A program made the position numbers and the translations under genes. A DNA stretch of 64,000 bases, taken from positions 162,316,001 to 162,380,000 of the forward strand of contig JANJGN010000008.1 of NCBI GenBank assembly GCA_026770705.1, read 5' to 3'. Positions 63,573-64,000 of this stretch are shown piece after piece; the first letter of the stretch is position 1; every line of letters begins with the position of its first letter. The stretch comes from Isurus oxyrinchus (lineage: Eukaryota). Below the pieces are notes generated by a model. That model worked only from the letters and a program-made list of their open reading frames with translations, made no database searches and was not told the origin of the DNA.

Positions 63573-64000
63573 CAACAATAACAACTTGCATTTATATACT
63601 GCCCTTAACTTAGAAAACATCCCATTGTGCTTCACAAAGGAGAAAATGGATATCACGCAGCTATGGGAGTGTTTGGAGAGATGACCAAAATGATGCTCCC
63701 ACGGGTCAGTTTTAATGGTTGGAAGAGAGGTAATGAGGTGGAGGGATTTAGGGAGGTCATTCCAAACAGTAGGGCTGAGGCAGTTGAAGCTTGGGCAACT
63801 GGAGATGGAACGGAGGGGGGAGGGGTGACATGAGAACAGAGTCAGTGAAATGAAGAATATGGACTGGGGAATAAGGTGGAAGGATGCCAGTGAAATGGGC
63901 TAGGTGATAAAGGTAGGTGAGGTCACAGAACCATTTATAGATGAGGTTGAGCTAAGGGGCAAGATTTTAACTCCTATTTCTAAACCTAGGCACTGGCACA
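63573..64000 (-). mobile_element. L2-like 3' fragment
   Basis: rc tail CAACAATAACAACTTGCATTTATATACTGCCCTTAAC. Confidence 0.6.

Noticed and set aside
1-64000. Most short ORFs in the six-frame track
   Set aside because: They lie in repeats or have non-ATG starts, low complexity and no recognisable domains; expected by chance in vertebrate intronic DNA.

Overview
Eukaryotic, repeat-rich DNA with no intact protein-coding gene. The repeat families (HE1-like and DeuSINE/SacSINE-like SINEs, HER1/CR1/L2 LINEs, Penelope-like elements) point to an elasmobranch (shark) genome; this is inference. The window looks like the inside of a very long intron, probably of a minus-strand gene, with a well-formed 24-nt microexon candidate at 7828-7851 and a 32-nt exon candidate at 26791-26822. 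There is a processed RPL36A pseudogene at about 40143-40510. The most striking content is about 13 insertions of one Neptune-type Penelope-like retroelement (PLE) family. Its terminal repeat carries a minimal type I hammerhead ribozyme with a non-canonical CUGUNGA core, starting at a TATA/Inr-like site. The family occurs as ~100-140 bp mini-elements that start at the ribozyme, as fold-back palindromic insertions with 12-16 bp target-site duplications (TSDs), and as one copy with a 502-bp GIY-YIG unit tandemly repeated through identical junctions. Also present: Gypsy-like solo LTRs with 4-bp TSDs, multi-hairpin Harbinger-like MITEs and a Helentron-associated (HINE-like) element. Family names are from recognition, not database searches, and boundaries of old repeats are approximate.
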